Source: Bacilli bacterium (lineage in GTDB: Bacteria > Bacillota_I > Bacilli_A > RFN20 > CAG-826). From it: a stretch of 64,000 nt of DNA. Location: NCBI GenBank assembly GCA_017454295.1, contig JAFTDF010000030.1, positions 3,896 to 67,895 of the forward strand, read 5' to 3'. Below are positions 61,948-64,000 of the stretch, piece by piece (the stretch's first letter is position 1; each line of letters begins with the position of its first letter). The notes beneath the pieces are model-generated. The model was not told where the DNA came from and made no database searches. It saw only the letters and a list, made by a program, of their open reading frames with translations. The translations under genes were made by a program, and so were the position numbers.

Positions 61948-62734
61948 GGAGCTCCTCCTTTCTCACGACGAGATTCAATGTTTCGATAGACTTGGATAGA
62001 TGCGTGGTTTCGTCGATCTCCACCACAACGGCGTTGAGGCGAGCATCGACATCTTCCAGCAGTTTGAGATGGCCTTCCCCGTAGACGAAGGTGGAAATGG
62101 CCGATTCGGGTTGGAAGCCAAGGATCGACTCGGCCATCCCGCAATAACCGACGTCGCTAATGAAGGCCGTTCCTTTCGGTAAGACCCGACCATCGGCGGT
62201 TTGAACGTGGGTGTGGGTACCCACCACGGCTGCTATTGCCCCATCATAGAAATGGGCGAAGAGCCCTTTTTCGGACGTGGCTTCCCCGTGGTAATCCACG
62301 AAGAAGGCGGCATTCGGATATTCGGCGAGGATGTCTTGCATCTTTAGGATGGGGGAAGAAACCTCTTCGGTCATAAAGGATTGGCCGAGAAGATTCGTCA
62401 CGACGAGTTCGGTTCCACCCACATCGAAGCAAAGATAGCCTTCCCCTTGATCATAATGAAGTAAGTTGGCGGGGCGGACGAGGCGATCGACGTCATCGAT
62501 ATAGTCATCGATTTGCGATTTGGAATGGTAATGGTTCCCTAACGTGACGCAATCCACGCCCGCTTGGATCAAGCGTTGGTAATCCGAATAGAAAAGGCCT
62601 CTTCCTTTGGCGGCGTTTTCCCCATTTACGATGACGAAATCCACTTGGTATTGGCGGATCAGTGTGGGCAAACGGGCTTCGATGGCGGCCACGCCAAGGC
62701 GGCCGACCACATCGCCGAAGAAAAGGACCTTCAT
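61928..62734 (-). CDS. ymdB: YmdB-type metallophosphoesterase (2',3'-cyclic-nucleotide 2'-phosphodiesterase)
   Basis: 268 aa. MKVLFFGDVVGRLG, NGENAAKGRG and GTHTHVQTAD motifs. Located downstream of rny as in B. subtilis. Confidence 0.9.
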   Translation of the reverse strand: MKVLFFGDVVGRLGVAAIEARLPTLIRQYQVDFVIVNGENAAKGRGLFYSDYQRLIQAGVDCVTLGNHYHSKSQIDDYIDDVDRLVRPANLLHYDQGEGYLCFDVGGTELVVTNLLGQSFMTEEVSSPILKMQDILAEYPNAAFFVDYHGEATSEKGLFAHFYDGAIAAVVGTHTHVQTADGRVLPKGTAFISDVGYCGMAESILGFQPESAISTFVYGEGHLKLLEDVDARLNAVVVEIDETTHLSKSIETLNLVVRKEELHGEENL

Positions 62735-62739
62735 GGTCG

Positions 62740-64000
62740 TTATTTCGCGACTTCGCTCGCGCGATATTCGCGGATGACGGAAACTTTGATTTGGCCCGGA
62801 TAGGTCATTTCGTTTTCGATCTTTTCACGGAGCTGCTGCGCCATTAAAACGGCTTCGGCATCGCTGACCTTTTCGGGAATGACCATCACGCGGACTTCGC
62901 GTCCGGATTGCATGGCATAGGCTTGTTGGACGCCATCAAAGGACTTGGCCAAGGTTTCCAGGGCCTCAATACGTTTGATATAGGTTTCCAAGGTTTCGCT
63001 GCGAGCACCCGGGCGAGCGGCGGAAAGGGTATCGGCCGCCGCGACGAGATGAGAGATGATGTAGCGGGCTTCGGTATCGCCATGGTGGGATTCGATGGCG
63101 TTGATGACGACATCGTTTTCCCCGGCTTTCTTCGCCAAAGCGGCACCGAGTTCGACGTGGGATCCTTCTTGTTCGAAGTCAATCGCCTTGCCGATATCGT
63201 GGAGCAAGCCGGCACGGCGGGCCAAATTGACGTCGAGGCCAAGTTCGCCAGCCATGATGCCGGTGAGATAGGCCACTTCCATCGAGTGTTTCAAAACGTT
63301 TTGGCCATAAGAAGTACGGTAATGGAGACGACCGAGGTTATTGACGATTTCGCGGTTCATGCGAGGCAAGCCGAGTTTGAAGCAAGCTTCTTCCCCGTAT
63401 TTCATCGTGGATTCATTAACTTCGGCTTTGACTTTGGCGACGACATCTTCAATGCGGCTAGGCTGGATGCGGCCATCTTTGACTAAATATTCCAAAGCGC
63501 GACGCGCCACTTCACGGCGAATCGGGTCAAAGCAAGAGACGGTGATGGCCTCGGGGGTGTCATCGATGACCAAGTCGACGCCGAGTTCTTGTTCGAGAAC
63601 GCGGATGTTGCGACCTTCGCGGCCGATGATGCGGCCTTTCATTTCATCGCTAGGAAGGGCAACCACGGACACGTTGCGTTCGGTGGTGACGTCCTGAGCA
63701 TAACGTTGGCAAGCGATGGAGAGGAGGTTCATGGCCTTGGCTTGGGCCGTGTCGCGGGCTTCGTCCTCGGCGTTTTTGATATAGGCGGCGATTTCCATCG
63801 ACATCTTGGATTCGACGCGAGCCATGATTTCGTCATGGGCTTCTTGGACCGACATGCCGGAAACTTTTTCGAGTTCGACGATGATAGAGTCGATCTTGGC
63901 ATCGAGTTCGGATTGCCGTTTTTGATAAGAAGCAATGGAGTTCTCCAATTGCTCTTTCTTGTTGTCTAAGGTCTTTTCCTTCTCAAGTAACAGGTTTTCC
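62740..64000 (-). CDS. rny: ribonuclease Y, 5'-truncated by the window edge
   Basis: KH domain ([12 protein letters not shown]) and HD domain (LLHDIGKA). The reading frame stays open through nt 64000 (...[24 protein letters not shown]). The M at 63948 in the ORF track is an internal TTG. Confidence 0.93.
   Translation of the reverse strand, partial: ENLLLEKEKTLDNKKEQLENSIASYQKRQSELDAKIDSIIVELEKVSGMSVQEAHDEIMARVESKMSMEIAAYIKNAEDEARDTAQAKAMNLLSIACQRYAQDVTTERNVSVVALPSDEMKGRIIGREGRNIRVLEQELGVDLVIDDTPEAITVSCFDPIRREVARRALEYLVKDGRIQPSRIEDVVAKVKAEVNESTMKYGEEACFKLGLPRMNREIVNNLGRLHYRTSYGQNVLKHSMEVAYLTGIMAGELGLDVNLARRAGLLHDIGKAIDFEQEGSHVELGAALAKKAGENDVVINAIESHHGDTEARYIISHLVAAADTLSAARPGARSETLETYIKRIEALETLAKSFDGVQQAYAMQSGREVRVMVIPEKVSDAEAVLMAQQLREKIENEMTYPGQIKVSVIREYRASEVAK

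Overview
This 64-kb window comes from a chromosome with moderately high GC. PolC, RNA polymerase delta subunit, RNase Y and YmdB mark it as Bacillota-like. About three quarters is housekeeping in Bacillus subtilis-like order. On the minus strand: polC, rseP, dxr, cdsA, uppS, frr, pyrH, tsf, rpsB, xerC, trmFO, topA, dprA, rnhB, rbgA, lepB, rplS. On the plus strand: rpsP, KH protein, rimM, trmD. Further right on the minus strand: rny, ymdB, miaB, miaA, fhs, a DUF951 gene, two fused ABC/FtsX genes, csp, ychF, ispF, argS, rpoE, nrnA and an IMPase-family gene. Several blocks that B. subtilis has between these genes are missing (proS, hslVU-codY, fla/che, sucCD), which suggests a compact genome. The code is standard: TGA is used as a stop. 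There are three accessory regions. (1) 4.4-8.7 kb holds five tRNA genes (Thr-UGU, Val-CAC, Ala-GGC, Arg-CCU, Pro-CGG). Visibly AT-richer modules sit among them: a small XRE regulator with a DUF6442-like membrane partner, an orphan HipA-like kinase gene bracketed by a 34-bp direct repeat, and a membrane-anchored XRE protein. (2) 31.5-46.5 kb holds LemA, a BspA-type LRR lipoprotein, M32 and M3 peptidases, and three very large uncharacterised lipoproteins with Ser-rich linkers. (3) 52.6-57.4 kb holds two tandem fused ATPase-FtsX (MacB-like) transporters. I found no CRISPR array, transposase, phage integrase, rRNA or recognised defence system. The observations I rate highest are the repeat-bracketed HipA-like cassette in the tRNA cluster, a MiaB protein with a YmcA/RicA-like C-terminal domain next to rny-ymdB, a recurring TATAAT-N6-10-ATG arrangement implying many leaderless mRNAs, and the giant-lipoprotein cluster with a beta-rich module of unknown fold. 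All family assignments come from motif recognition by eye; no searches were run.
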